A DNA stretch of 63,955 nt, filler included. It is 12 parts of 12 records of this genome, joined end to end, with 100 filler letters (N's around TTAATTAATTAA, not from the genome) between each part and the next. Parts side by side here need not be neighbours in the genome. Positions count along the whole stretch, not along the records: positions 22,756 to 27,571 come from SRR11831586_1250; positions 27,672 to 31,327 come from SRR11831586_1253; positions 31,428 to 37,840 come from SRR11831586_1255; 9 more parts are not named here. One strand, given 5' to 3'. The first letter of the stretch is position 1, and every line of letters begins with the position of its first letter. This document shows positions 24,267 to 35,703 of this stretch, piece after piece. The position numbers were made by a program, and so were the translations under genes. The notes under the pieces were generated by a model. It did not search any database and was not told where the DNA came from. It saw only the letters and a program-made list of their open reading frames with translations.

Positions 24267-26711
24267 TTACGCGGCTTCAACTTTCCGCACTTTCTCCGGC
24301 AACTTTACCGGCTTCGTCGCCAGCTCTTCCGGATCAAAGTCATCAACGTTAATACTGCGCAGACGGCTTTCTTCAGCTTTCACCAGAATAGCGGCTTCAT
24401 CTTTATCAATCAGCCCCTTCACCAGCGCGTTGTGCGCCAGTTCATCCAGACGGGTAAACGGCAGGTTTTTACCCAGCTCTTTACAGATCCGCTGATGAAT
24501 TGGGTCGGCGGCAATCACATCCACCAGCGCCTCTTCCAGCAAGCCAACCGGATTATGCTCGCTCGGCGTCAGGTACTGACCGCGACCAATGCGGGAACGG
24601 GTGGCGTTCGGCACTTGTAAAATCTTCGCCACTTTATGATCCAGCTTGTCAGAAGGTGCCAGATAATGACGTCCGGTCGGGAAGATCACCACATTCAGCA
24701 GCCCGGCAACCACGCGGTTCGGGAAGTTTTGCAGTAAATCATCCATCGCCTGTTCAGCCTGATACAGCGCATCTTGTACGCCCCAGTGCACCAGCGGCAG
24801 GTCGGCTTCATTACGGCCTTCGTCGTCATAACGCTTCAGCACGGCAGAGGCGAGGTAGAGCTGGCTTAAAATATCCCCCAGACGGGCCGAGATGCGCTCG
24901 CGACGTTTCAGGCTGCCGCCCAGCACTGCCATCGAGACATCAGAAAGCAGGGCGAGGTTGGCGCTCAGGCGGTTCAGGTGCTGATAGTAGCGTTTAGTGG
25001 CATCGCCGGTTGGCGTGCTGCTGGTTAAACCGCGCGTCAGGCCCAGCCAGAAGCTGCGAACTTTGTTGCTACCGACGTGACCGATATGTTTGAACAACAG
25101 TTTATCGAACGCGTTGACGTCATTGTTCTTCGCCGCTTCCATCTCTTCCAGCACGTACGGATGGCAACGAATCGCTCCTTGTCCGAAGATCATCATGCTG
25201 CGGGTCAGAATGTTAGCCCCTTCAACGGTGATGGCAATCGGTGCGCCCTGGTAAGCACGCGCCAGGAAGTTGCTTTGCCCGAGCATAATGCCTTTACCGC
25301 CGGTAATATCCATCGCATCAATAATCGACTGCTGCCCGCGGTGGGTACAGTGATACTTAACGATAGCCGACAGCACGGCAGGTTTTTCGCCGAGCATAAT
25401 GCCGTAGGTAATCAGCGATGCCGCAGCATCCATCACGTAGGCATTACCGGCAATACGCGCCAGCGGCTCTTCAATCCCTTCCATCTTACCAATAGAGATT
25501 TTGAACTGACGGCGAATGTGAGCATACGCGCCGGTTGCCAGCGCTACCGATTTCACGCCGCCGGTTGAGTTGGAAGGCAGGGTGATGCCGCGGCCTACCG
25601 AGAGGCACTCCACCAGCATCCGCCAGCCTTGCCCGGCCATTTTCGGCCCGCCGATGATGTAATCGATCGGCACGAAGACATCTTTACCGCGCGTCGGTCC
25701 GTTCTGGAACGGTACGTTCAGCGGGAAGTGGCGACGACCAATTTCCACGCCCGGCGTGGTGGTTGGGATCAGCGCACAGGTAATGCCTAAATCTTCTGCA
25801 CCGCCGAGTAATTTTTCCGGGTCGGAGAGTTTAAACGCCAGCCCAAGCACGGTCGCAATCGGTGCCAGCGTAATGTAGCGTTTGTTCCAGGTCAGACGCA
25901 TCCCCAGCACCTGCTGGCCCTGCCATTCGCCCATGCAGACAATCCCGGTGTCCGGAATCGCGCCCGCATCGGAACCCGCTTCCGGGCTGGTCAGTGCAAA
26001 GCAGGGGATCTCCTGACCACGCGCCAGACGCGGCAGATAGTGATCTTTCTGCTCGTCAGTGCCGTAATGTTGCAACAGTTCGCCCGGGCCTAATGAGTTT
26101 GGCACGCCGACGGTAATCGCCAGGATCCCGCTCACGCCGGAGAGTTTTTGCAGCACGCGAGACTGGGCATAAGCCGAGAACTCCAGCCCGCCGTACTCTT
26201 TTTTGATGATCATCGCGAAGAAACGATGCTCTTTAAGGTACGCCCACAACTCCGGCGGCAGATCCGCCAGCTCATGGGTGATCTGGAAATCATTCGCCAT
26301 CCGGCAGGCTTCTTCTACCGGGCCGTCGAGAAACGCTTGCTCTTCGGCGGTCAGGCGCGGCTGCGGATAGTTATGCAGCTTTTTCCAGTCCGGCTTGCCC
26401 TGGAACAAGTCGCCCTCCCACCAGGTGGTGCCCGCATCAATCGCTTCTTTCTCAGTGCGCGACATCGGCGGCATCACCTTACGGAAACCGCGAAATACCG
26501 GCGCGGAAATCATCGACTTACGCATAGGCGCAAAGTTAAATGGCACGAGGATAATGGCCAGAGGCACCAGTACCCACGCCGACCACAGACCAGCAACGCC
26601 GAGGGCGGCTGTCCAGGCGAGCAAAATCAGACTGCTGATAAATAAGCTCACGCGGTGATAGAACAACGCGCCGAGCAGGACAACCGTAGCGAGAATACTC
26701 AAAATCATCAT
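24267..26711 (-). CDS. fadE: Acyl-CoA dehydrogenase
   Basis: 814 aa from [24 protein letters not shown] motif. Confidence 0.96.
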
Positions 26712-26732
26712 AACGAAAAGCCCCTTACTTGT

Positions 26733-26749
26733 AGGAGGTCTGACCACTT
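26733..26749 (-). promoter_or_regulatory. FadR operator
   Basis: AAGTGGTCAGACCTCCT on the minus strand matches the 17-bp FadR palindrome TGGTCNGACCA. Confidence 0.85.
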
Positions 26750-26950
26750 GTGATGATATGGTTGTAGTGGATGTAAAAACATTTAGCAATATGTTTACAA
26801 TATAATTACAACAAAGCTCACATTGTTGCTGTTTTTATCCGCACTTCAGGTCAAAAAGTCCTGGTCATAGCACCTGCCCGTACTTCTCGCTTTTGGCGGT
26901 ATCCGGTACACTGCATTTTGTCTATTACATTTATGCTGAAGGATATCCTC

Positions 26951-27529
26951 ATGTACCAGGATCTTATTCGTAACGAACTGAACGAAGCGGCGGAAACGCT
27001 GGCTAACTTTTTAAAAGATGACGCCAATATTCACGCCATTCAGCGCGCGGCGGTCCTGTTAGCAGACAGCTTTAAAGCCGGTGGCAAAGTGCTTTCCTGC
27101 GGCAACGGCGGTTCCCATTGCGACGCTATGCACTTTGCCGAAGAGTTGACCGGTCGCTACCGTGAAAACCGTCCGGGCTACCCGGCGATTGCTATTTCTG
27201 ACGTTAGTCATATTTCCTGCGTCGGTAATGATTTCGGTTTCAATGATATTTTCTCCCGCTACGTTGAAGCGGTAGGTCGCGAAGGCGATGTACTGCTGGG
27301 GATCTCCACCTCCGGTAACTCTGCAAACGTGATCAAAGCGATCGCAGCGGCGCGTGAGAAGGGAATGAAAGTGATCACCCTGACCGGTAAAGACGGCGGC
27401 AAAATGGCTGGCACGGCGGATATCGAAATTCGCGTACCGCACTTTGGTTATGCCGACCGCATTCAGGAGATTCACATTAAAGTGATCCATATCCTGATCC
27501 AGTTGATTGAAAAAGAGATGGTTAAGTAA
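26951..27529 (+). CDS. gmhA: Sedoheptulose-7-phosphate isomerase
   Basis: 192 aa; CGNGGS and STSGNS motifs. Confidence 0.97.
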
Positions 27530-27536
27530 GTCTGGC

Positions 27537-27571
27537 GTAGGCCGGATAAGACGTTTACGCCGCATCCGGCA
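27537..27571. repeat. REP (PU) element at contig end
   Basis: GTAGGCCGGATAAGACGTTTACGCCGCATCCGGCA. Confidence 0.9.
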
Positions 27572-27671
27572 NNNNNNNNNNNNNNNNNNNNNNNNNNNNN
27601 NNNNNNNNNNNNNNNTTAATTAATTAANNNNNNNNNNNNNNNNNNNNNNNNNNNNNNNNNNNNNNNNNNNN

Positions 27672-28319
27672 GCACAGGGAACGGCGAAAAAGGATGAGAA
27701 GCAGGTAAATGGGGCGTTCTATCACGTTCACTGGTACAAATACCCGCTGACGTACTGGCTGAACATCATCACATCGCTGGGCTGTCTGGAAGGTGGTGAC
27801 ATGGATATCGCTTATCTTTCTGAAATCGACCCCACCTGGACGGACAGCAGCCTGACCACCATTCTCAATCCGGAAGCTGTCATCTTTGCCAATCCGATAG
27901 CACAGGGAGCCTGCGCAGCAGATGCGATTGCCAGCGCCTTTAATATGCCTCTCGATGTTCTGTTCTGGTGTGCCGGTTCGCAGGGAAGTATGTACCCGTT
28001 CAATGGCTGGGTGAGTAATGAGTCCAGTCCGTTGCAGTCCTCCCTGCTGGTCAGTGAACGCATGGCGTTCAAGCTGCACCGTCAGGGCATGATTATGGAA
28101 ACCATCGGGAAAAATAACGCCGTCTGTAATGAATATCCGTCCCCAATCCTGCCCAAAGAACGCTGGCGTTACCAGATGGTGAATATGTATCCGGACAGCG
28201 GGCAGTGCCACCCGTTCGGGCGCAGCGTGACCCGCTGGGAAACCGGGAAAAATCCGCCCAACACAAAGAAAAACTTCGGCTACCTGATGTGGCGTAAACG
28301 TAACTGTGTCTTCCTGTGA
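27672..28319 (+). CDS. traU: Pilus assembly protein TraU, 5'-truncated
   Basis: FYHVHWYKYP, AYLSEIDPTW and C-terminal WRKRNCVFL. Confidence 0.93.
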   Translation, partial: AQGTAKKDEKQVNGAFYHVHWYKYPLTYWLNIITSLGCLEGGDMDIAYLSEIDPTWTDSSLTTILNPEAVIFANPIAQGACAADAIASAFNMPLDVLFWCAGSQGSMYPFNGWVSNESSPLQSSLLVSERMAFKLHRQGMIMETIGKNNAVCNEYPSPILPKERWRYQMVNMYPDSGQCHPFGRSVTRWETGKNPPNTKKNFGYLMWRKRNCVFL

Positions 28320-28327
28320 GGTGAATG

Positions 28328-28966
28328 ATGAAGCTGAGTATGAAATCTCTGGCAGCACTGCTGATGATGCTGAACGGGGCGGTTATGGCGTCAGAAAACG
28401 TGAACACTCCTGAAAACCGCCAGTTCCTGAAGCAGCAGGAAAATTTAAGCAGACAACTGCGTGAAAAACCTGACCATCAGCTGAAAGCCTGGGCGGAGAA
28501 ACAGGTGCTGGAAAACCCCCTTCAGCGTTCAGATAACCATTTCCTGGATGAGCTGGTTCGTAAACAGCAGGCTTCGCAGGACGGGAAACCCCGGCAGGGT
28601 GCTCTGTATTTTGTGTCGTTTTCCATTCCCGAAGAGGGGCTGAAACGAATGCTGGGCGAAACCCGGCACTTCGGTATTCCGGCCACACTGCGGGGCATGG
28701 TGAACAATGACCTGAAGACCACCGCTGAAGCTGTGTTGTCCCTGGTGAAAGACGGCGCGACTGATGGTGTTCAGATCGACCCGACGCTGTTTTCACAGTA
28801 CGGCATTCGCACTGTACCGGCACTGGTGGTGTTCTGCAGTCAGGGATACGACATCATCCGGGGAAACCTGCGGGTCGGCCAGGCGCTGGAGAAAGTGGCC
28901 GCCACGGGTGACTGCCGGCAGGTGGCTCATGATTTACTGGCAGGGAAAGGAGATTCCGGGAAATGA
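28328..28966 (+). CDS. trbC: F-type pilus assembly protein TrbC
   Basis: 212 aa; FVSFSIP and QIDPTLF motifs. Confidence 0.93.
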   Translation: MKLSMKSLAALLMMLNGAVMASENVNTPENRQFLKQQENLSRQLREKPDHQLKAWAEKQVLENPLQRSDNHFLDELVRKQQASQDGKPRQGALYFVSFSIPEEGLKRMLGETRHFGIPATLRGMVNNDLKTTAEAVLSLVKDGATDGVQIDPTLFSQYGIRTVPALVVFCSQGYDIIRGNLRVGQALEKVAATGDCRQVAHDLLAGKGDSGK

Positions 28967-30771
28967 AACGTATTTTACCTCTGATACTGGCTCTGGTTGC
29001 CGGCATGGCACAGGCTGACAGCAACAGTGATTACCGGGCCGGCTCTGATTTTGCTCACCAGATCAAAGGACAGGGAAGCAGCAGTATTCAGGGCTTTAAG
29101 CCACAGGAGAGTATCCCCGGCTATAACGCGAATCCGGACGAGACAAAATACTACGGTGGCGTGACTGCCGGCGGGGATGGCGGCCTGAAAAATGACGGCA
29201 CCACGGAATGGGCGACCGGTGAAACCGGAAAAACCATCACAGAGTCCTTCATGAACAAGCCGAAAGACATTCTTTCACCGGATGCACCGTTTATCCAGAC
29301 CGGCAGGGATGTGGTGAACCGGGCTGACAGCATTGTGGGAAACACCGGGCAGCAGTGCAGTGCGCAGGAGATTAGCCGGAGTGAATACACGAATTACACC
29401 TGTGAGCGGGATTTACAGGTGGAGCAGTACTGCACACGAACTGCCCGTATGGAGCTGCAGGGGAGTACCACATGGGAAACCCGGACGCTGGAGTATGAAA
29501 TGAGTCAGCTACCTGCACGTGAAGTGAATGGTCAGTATGTTGTCTCCATTACCTCTCCCGTTACCGGTGAAATTGTCGATGCGCATTACAGCTGGAGTCG
29601 TACTTACCTGCAGAAGAGTGTACCTATGACAATTACAGTACTGGGAACCCCACTGAGCTGGAATGCCAAATACTCAGCAGATGCCTCATTTACACCAGTA
29701 CAGAAAACACTGACGGCCGGTGTTGCTTTTACGTCATCTCACCCCGTCCGGGTCGGGAATACAAAATTCAAACGTCATACGGCAATGAAGCTGCGTCTGG
29801 TTGTCAGGGTAAAAAAAGCCTCGTACACCCCGTATGTTGTCTGGTCTGAAAGCTGCCCGTTCAGCAAGGAGCTGGGGAAACTGACAAAAACAGAATGTAC
29901 GGAGGCTGGCGGGAACAGGACGCTGGTGAAAGACGGTCAGTCATACAGCATGTACCAGAGCTGCTGGGCATACCGGGACACGTATGTCACACAGTCAGCA
30001 GACAAGGGAACCTGTCAGACCTACACCGACAATCCTGCCTGTACCCTGGTGTCACACCAGTGCGCCTTTTACTCCGAAGAAGGTGCCTGTCTGCATGAAT
30101 ATGCCACGTACTCCTGTGAGTCAAAAACATCCGGGAAAGTGATGGTCTGTGGGGGAGACGTCTTCTGTCTCGATGGCGAATGCGATAAGGCTCAGAGCGG
30201 GAAGAGTAATGATTTTGCCGAAGCCGTTTCTCAGCTGGCGGCACTGGCCGCAGCAGGTAAGGATGTTGCGGCGCTGAACGGGGTGGATGTCCGTGCTTTC
30301 ACCGGTCAGGCGAAATTTTGTAAGAAGGCTGCAGCCGGATACAGCAACTGCTGTAAGGACAGCGGCTGGGGACAGGATATCGGGCTGGCCAAATGCAGCA
30401 GTGATGAAAAAGCCCTGGCTAAAGCAAAATCAAACAAACTGACCGTCAGCGTCGGGGAGTTCTGTTCGAAGAAAGTGCTGGGTGTCTGTCTGGAGAAAAA
30501 ACGCAGCTACTGTCAGTTTGATTCGAAGCTGGCGCAGATAGTCCAGCAGCAGGGGCGCAACGGTCAGTTGCGTATCAGTTTTGGTAGTGCGAAGCATCCT
30601 GACTGTCGGGGGATTACGGTTGATGAGCTGCAGAAAATTCAGTTCAACAGACTGGATTTCACTAACTTCTACGAAGACCTGATGAATAACCAGAAAATCC
30701 CGGACAGTGGCGTTCTGACGCAGAAAGTGAAAGAGCAGATTGCTGACCAGCTGAAACAGGCAGGACAGTAA
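28963..30771 (+). CDS. traN: Mating-pair stabilisation protein TraN
   Basis: 602 aa; signal peptide; Cys-rich; YCQFDSKLAQIVQQQGR. Confidence 0.96.
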   Translation: MKRILPLILALVAGMAQADSNSDYRAGSDFAHQIKGQGSSSIQGFKPQESIPGYNANPDETKYYGGVTAGGDGGLKNDGTTEWATGETGKTITESFMNKPKDILSPDAPFIQTGRDVVNRADSIVGNTGQQCSAQEISRSEYTNYTCERDLQVEQYCTRTARMELQGSTTWETRTLEYEMSQLPAREVNGQYVVSITSPVTGEIVDAHYSWSRTYLQKSVPMTITVLGTPLSWNAKYSADASFTPVQKTLTAGVAFTSSHPVRVGNTKFKRHTAMKLRLVVRVKKASYTPYVVWSESCPFSKELGKLTKTECTEAGGNRTLVKDGQSYSMYQSCWAYRDTYVTQSADKGTCQTYTDNPACTLVSHQCAFYSEEGACLHEYATYSCESKTSGKVMVCGGDVFCLDGECDKAQSGKSNDFAEAVSQLAALAAAGKDVAALNGVDVRAFTGQAKFCKKAAAGYSNCCKDSGWGQDIGLAKCSSDEKALAKAKSNKLTVSVGEFCSKKVLGVCLEKKRSYCQFDSKLAQIVQQQGRNGQLRISFGSAKHPDCRGITVDELQKIQFNRLDFTNFYEDLMNNQKIPDSGVLTQKVKEQIADQLKQAGQ

Positions 30772-30797
30772 GGTATGGGAAATAACCGGGGGAAATG

Positions 30798-31055
30798 ATG
30801 AAAGTCATATTCACGTCGAACCGTTTTATTGATTTTCTTATCCGGCTTTTGATTACAGCGATTGTCATTTCTCCGGTAATTATCTGGTCGTGGGATACGG
30901 TAAAAGAAACCACGGCAGACGGGATGCTTGCCGCTGCTTTCGTTATCCTTTACTCCGGTGTGCTCCTGTTTATTCTGTATTTTTGTTTTTCTGCCCTGAC
31001 TGACCTGCAGAAACCTGATGAAAGAAAAAGTGATGAAAGGAATGAAGATGAATAA
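30798..31055 (+). CDS. trbE: Inner membrane protein TrbE
   Basis: 85 aa; two TM segments; between traN and traF. Confidence 0.88.
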   Translation: MKVIFTSNRFIDFLIRLLITAIVISPVIIWSWDTVKETTADGMLAAAFVILYSGVLLFILYFCFSALTDLQKPDERKSDERNEDE

Positions 31056-31327
31056 AGCATTACTGCCACTGTTACTCTGCTGCTTTATTTTTCCGGCGTC
31101 AGGAAAAGATGCAGGCTGGCAGTGGTATAACGAGAAAATAAATCCGAAGGAAAAAGAAAATAAACCTGTACCTGCAGCCCCCCGTCAGGAACCGGATATT
31201 ATGCAGAAACTGGCCGCACTGCAGACGGCAACAAAGCGGGCGCTGTACGAAGCCATTCTGTATCCCGGCGTGGATAATTTTGTGAAATATTTCCGGCTGC
31301 AAAATTACTGGGCTCAGCAGGCCGGGC
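31048..31327 (+). CDS. traF: Pilus assembly protein TraF, 3'-truncated
   Basis: [10 protein letters not shown]...GWQWYNE. Confidence 0.92.
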
Positions 31328-31427
31328 NNNNNNNNNNNNNNNNNNNNNNNNNNNNNNNNNNNNNNNNNNNNTTAATTAATTAANNNNNNNNNNNNNNNNN
31401 NNNNNNNNNNNNNNNNNNNNNNNNNNN

Positions 31428-32750
31428 AATGAAGCGCGCAGTCCATTACTGCCACAGCTAGGTTTAGGTGCAGATTACACCTATAGCAACGGCTACCGCG
31501 ACGCGAACGGCATCAACTCTAACGCGACCAGTGCGTCCTTGCAGTTAACTCAATCCATTTTTGATATGTCGAAATGGCGTGCGTTAACGCTGCAGGAAAA
31601 AGCAGCAGGGATTCAGGACGTCACGTATCAGACCGATCAGCAAACCTTGATCCTCAACACCGCGACCGCTTATTTCAACGTGTTGAATGCTATTGACGTT
31701 CTTTCCTATACACAGGCACAAAAAGAAGCGATCTACCGTCAATTAGATCAAACCACCCAACGTTTTAACGTGGGCCTGGTAGCGATCACCGACGTGCAGA
31801 ACGCCCGCGCACAGTACGATACCGTGCTGGCGAACGAAGTGACCGCACGTAATAACCTTGATAACGCGGTAGAGCAGCTGCGCCAGATCACCGGTAACTA
31901 CTATCCGGAACTGGCTGCGCTGAATGTCGAAAACTTTAAAACCGACAAACCACAGCCGGTTAACGCGCTGCTGAAAGAAGCCGAAAAACGCAACCTGTCG
32001 CTGTTACAGGCACGCTTGAGCCAGGACCTGGCGCGCGAGCAAATTCGCCAGGCGCAGGATGGTCACTTACCGACTCTGGATTTAACGGCTTCTACCGGGA
32101 TTTCTGACACCTCTTATAGCGGTTCGAAAACCCGTGGTGCCGCTGGTACCCAGTATGACGATAGCAATATGGGCCAGAACAAAGTTGGCCTGAGCTTCTC
32201 GCTGCCGATTTATCAGGGCGGAATGGTTAACTCGCAGGTGAAACAGGCACAGTACAACTTTGTCGGTGCCAGCGAGCAACTGGAAAGTGCCCATCGTAGC
32301 GTCGTGCAGACCGTGCGTTCCTCCTTCAACAACATTAATGCATCTATCAGTAGCATTAACGCCTACAAACAAGCCGTAGTTTCCGCTCAAAGCTCATTAG
32401 ACGCGATGGAAGCGGGCTACTCGGTCGGTACGCGTACCATTGTTGATGTGTTGGATGCGACCACCACGTTGTACAACGCCAAGCAAGAGCTGGCGAATGC
32501 GCGTTATAACTACCTGATTAATCAGCTGAATATTAAATCAGCTCTGGGTACGTTGAACGAGCAGGATCTGCTGGCACTGAACAATGCGCTGAGCAAACCG
32601 GTTTCCACTAATCCGGAAAACGTTGCACCGCAAACGCCGGAACAGAATGCTATTGCTGATGGTTATGCGCCTGATAGCCCGGCACCAGTCGTTCAGCAAA
32701 CATCCGCACGCACTACCACCAGTAACGGTCATAACCCTTTCCGTAACTGA
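31428..32750 (+). CDS. tolC: Outer membrane channel TolC, 5'-truncated
   Basis: Frame open from contig start (NEARSPLLPQLG); ends NGHNPFRN. Confidence 0.97.
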   Translation, partial: NEARSPLLPQLGLGADYTYSNGYRDANGINSNATSASLQLTQSIFDMSKWRALTLQEKAAGIQDVTYQTDQQTLILNTATAYFNVLNAIDVLSYTQAQKEAIYRQLDQTTQRFNVGLVAITDVQNARAQYDTVLANEVTARNNLDNAVEQLRQITGNYYPELAALNVENFKTDKPQPVNALLKEAEKRNLSLLQARLSQDLAREQIRQAQDGHLPTLDLTASTGISDTSYSGSKTRGAAGTQYDDSNMGQNKVGLSFSLPIYQGGMVNSQVKQAQYNFVGASEQLESAHRSVVQTVRSSFNNINASISSINAYKQAVVSAQSSLDAMEAGYSVGTRTIVDVLDATTTLYNAKQELANARYNYLINQLNIKSALGTLNEQDLLALNNALSKPVSTNPENVAPQTPEQNAIADGYAPDSPAPVVQQTSARTTTSNGHNPFRN

Positions 32751-32757
32751 TGACGAC

Positions 32758-32777
32758 GACGGGGCTTCGGCCCCGTC
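32758..32777. terminator. Stable hairpin after tolC (CUUCGG loop, no U-tract)
   Basis: GACGGGG-CTTCGG-CCCCGTC. Confidence 0.5.
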
Positions 32778-32897
32778 TGAACGTAAGGCAACGTAAAGAT
32801 ACGGGTTATCTGCCGCATTCTTCCCCCTTCTCGCTTCAATTTCGACCAGCCATCCTCTATTCTGATGGGTATTTACCACTGGTCCCGGAAGACAAAA

Positions 32898-33569
32898 ATG
32901 AAACGGACAAAATCCATACGCCACGCATCGTTCCGCAAAAACTGGAGCGCACGCCATCTGACACCAGTCGCTCTCGCGGTTGCCACTGTTTTTATGCTGG
33001 CTGGCTGTGAAAAGAGTGATGAAACAGTGTCTCTCTATCAAAATGCTGACGACTGTTCAGCTGCAAACCCAGGCAAAAGCGCCGAATGTACCACCGCGTA
33101 CAACAATGCGCTGAAAGAAGCCGAACGTACTGCGCCGAAATACGCCACCCGTGAAGACTGTGTTGCTGAATTTGGTGAAGGTCAGTGCCAGCAGGCACCA
33201 GCCCAGGCTGGCATGGCACCAGAAAACCAGGCGCAGGCCCAGCAATCCAGCGGGAGTTTCTGGATGCCGCTGATGGCCGGTTACATGATGGGGCGTCTGA
33301 TGGGCGGCGGCGCGGGATTTGCACAGCAGCCGCTGTTCTCCTCGAAAAACCCAGCCAGTCCGGCTTACGGTAAATATACCGACGCGACGGGTAAAAACTA
33401 TGGCGCAGCCCAGCCAGGCCGCACCATGACCGTACCGAAGACGGCAATGGCACCAAAACCGGCGACCACCACTACCGTTACCCGTGGCGGTTTTGGTGAA
33501 TCTGTTGCCAAACAAAGCACTATGCAGCGTAGTGCAACCGGTACCTCTTCTCGTTCAATGGGTGGCTGA
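32898..33569 (+). CDS. ygiB: DUF1190 protein YgiB
   Basis: 223 aa; lipobox-like LAGC; TRGGFG motif. Confidence 0.92.
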
Positions 33570-33574
33570 TACCG

Positions 33575-34735
33575 ATGGAAAGAGTCAGTATTACCGAGCG
33601 CCCGGACTGGCGTGAGAAAGCCCACGAATACGGTTTCAATTTTCACACCATGTACGGCGAGCCGTACTGGTGTGAAGATGCTTACTACAAGTTGACCCTC
33701 GCCCAGGTTGAAAAGCTGGAAGAAGTCACCGCCGAACTGCACCAGATGTGCCTGAAAGTGGTGGAAAAAGTGATCGCCAGCGATGAGCTGATGACCAAAT
33801 TCCGCATTCCAAAACACACCTGGAGTTTTGTGCGCCAGTCATGGCTGACGCACCAGCCATCGCTTTATTCGCGTCTTGATCTGGCGTGGGATGGCACTGG
33901 TGAACCTAAACTTCTGGAAAATAACGCCGATACGCCAACGTCACTATACGAGGCGGCGTTCTTTCAGTGGATCTGGCTGGAAGATCAGCTTAACGCCGGT
34001 AACTTGCCGGAGGGCAGCGACCAGTTTAACAGTCTGCAAGAAAAACTGATCGATCGCTTCGTTGAGCTGCGTGAACAGTATGGCTTCCAGTTGCTGCATC
34101 TCACCTGCTGTCGCGACACGGTGGAAGATCGCGGAACCATTCAGTATTTGCAGGACTGCGCAACGGAAGCTGAAATTGCTACTGAGTTCCTCTACATCGA
34201 TGATATCGGGTTAGGTGAAAAAGGTCAGTTCACGGATTTACAGGATCAGGTAATTTCCAACCTGTTCAAACTGTATCCGTGGGAATTTATGTTGCGTGAG
34301 ATGTTCTCAACCAAGCTGGAGGATGCAGGCGTACGCTGGCTGGAACCGGCGTGGAAGAGCATTATCTCCAACAAGGCACTTCTACCGCTACTGTGGGAGA
34401 TGTTCCCGAATCACCCGAACCTGCTGCCCGCTTATTTTGCGGAAGATGATCATCCGCAAATGGAAAAATATGTGGTTAAACCGATCTTCTCCCGTGAAGG
34501 CGCAAACGTGTCGATCATTGAGAACGGCAAAACCATTGAAGCAGCGGAAGGTCCGTATGGCGAAGAAGGGATGATTGTTCAGCAATTCCACCCGTTACCG
34601 AAATTCGGCGACAGCTATATGCTGATTGGTAGCTGGCTGGTGAACGATCAACCCGCCGGAATTGGCATTCGTGAAGACCGTGCATTGATCACCCAGGATA
34701 TGTCTCGGTTTTATCCACATATTTTTGTTGAATAA
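33575..34735 (+). CDS. ygiC: Glutathionylspermidine synthase-like ATP-grasp ligase
   Basis: 386 aa; ENNADTP and KPIFSREG motifs. Confidence 0.94.
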
Positions 34736-34772
34736 GCCACGATACCGGATGGCACTCGCCATCCGGTAATTG

Positions 34773-35588
34773 TTAGCCTATCTGCACCGACAGCATACTC
34801 AGGCTGCCCATTTCTATACCCTCAACCGGAATGGTAATTGGCTCCTGCCCATCCCACGCACCTAACACATACAACAACGGCAAATAATGCTCTGGCGTTG
34901 GGTTCGATAACGTGCCACCTTCATGGTCGAGGTAATTCACCAGAGGATGTTGTTCCACTGGCCCTTGCCACGTCAGATTCGCTTTCACATACTCATTAAA
35001 CGACGTCGCCCACGGATACGGTGAACTATCACCGTGCCACTTCACTGTGCGCAGGTTATGCACCACGTTACCGCTGGCGACCAACATTATTCCTTCATCT
35101 CGCAGCGCTGCCAGTTTGCGCCCCATTTCGAAATGCCAGGCGGCAGGTTTGCTACTGTCGATACTCAACTGCACCATCGGGATATCAGCGTCAGGATACA
35201 TCTTAATCAGCACGCCCCACGAGCCGTGGTCAAAGCCCCAGGCTTCTTTATCCAGCGTCACCGGGATCGGCGCTAACAGCTCAACCAGACGCTGTGCCAG
35301 CGCAGGCGAACCCGGAGCAGGATAATGCGTATCGTACAGCGCCTGCGGGAAGCCACCAAAGTCATGAATCGTGGGCGGCGTCTCCATCGCGGTCACTCCT
35401 GTTCCACGGGTAAACCAGTGAGCCGAAACCACCACAATCGCTTGCGGGCGTGGCAATGTCATCCCCAACTTCTGCCAGCTGCGGGTATACAAATTATCTT
35501 CCAGCACGTTCATCGGACTACCGTGACCTAAAAACAATGCTGGCATACGTGTTGAAGACATGATGATATCCTTAACTAAAGGTGTCAT
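34773..35588 (-). CDS. ygiD: 4,5-DOPA extradiol dioxygenase (alternative start 35561)
   Basis: HGSPM, SAHW, DHG and SGNVVHNL motifs. Confidence 0.93.
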   Translation of the reverse strand: MTPLVKDIIMSSTRMPALFLGHGSPMNVLEDNLYTRSWQKLGMTLPRPQAIVVVSAHWFTRGTGVTAMETPPTIHDFGGFPQALYDTHYPAPGSPALAQRLVELLAPIPVTLDKEAWGFDHGSWGVLIKMYPDADIPMVQLSIDSSKPAAWHFEMGRKLAALRDEGIMLVASGNVVHNLRTVKWHGDSSPYPWATSFNEYVKANLTWQGPVEQHPLVNYLDHEGGTLSNPTPEHYLPLLYVLGAWDGQEPITIPVEGIEMGSLSMLSVQIG

Positions 35589-35703
35589 TTTGATATCCTC
35601 ACAATACGCTTGTTCGGCGGAGTAAGAACCCGGATAACAATGATGATGATCATCAGTTATTTTGACGATCTGCCTGAAGGTGAAGATTTATAAGGAGTTG
35701 TCG

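Larger units (their letters stand above)
27672..31327 (+). mobile_element. F-plasmid conjugative transfer region fragment
   Basis: Gene order traU-trbC-traN-trbE-traF; protein lengths match F. Confidence 0.93.

Noticed and set aside
27572-31427. F integrated between gmhA and tolC (Hfr)
   Set aside because: Both ends are linkers, with no IS or junction sequence
32750-33010. 86-aa ORF between tolC and ygiB
   Set aside because: Overlaps the post-tolC hairpin and the ygiB start; no recognisable features
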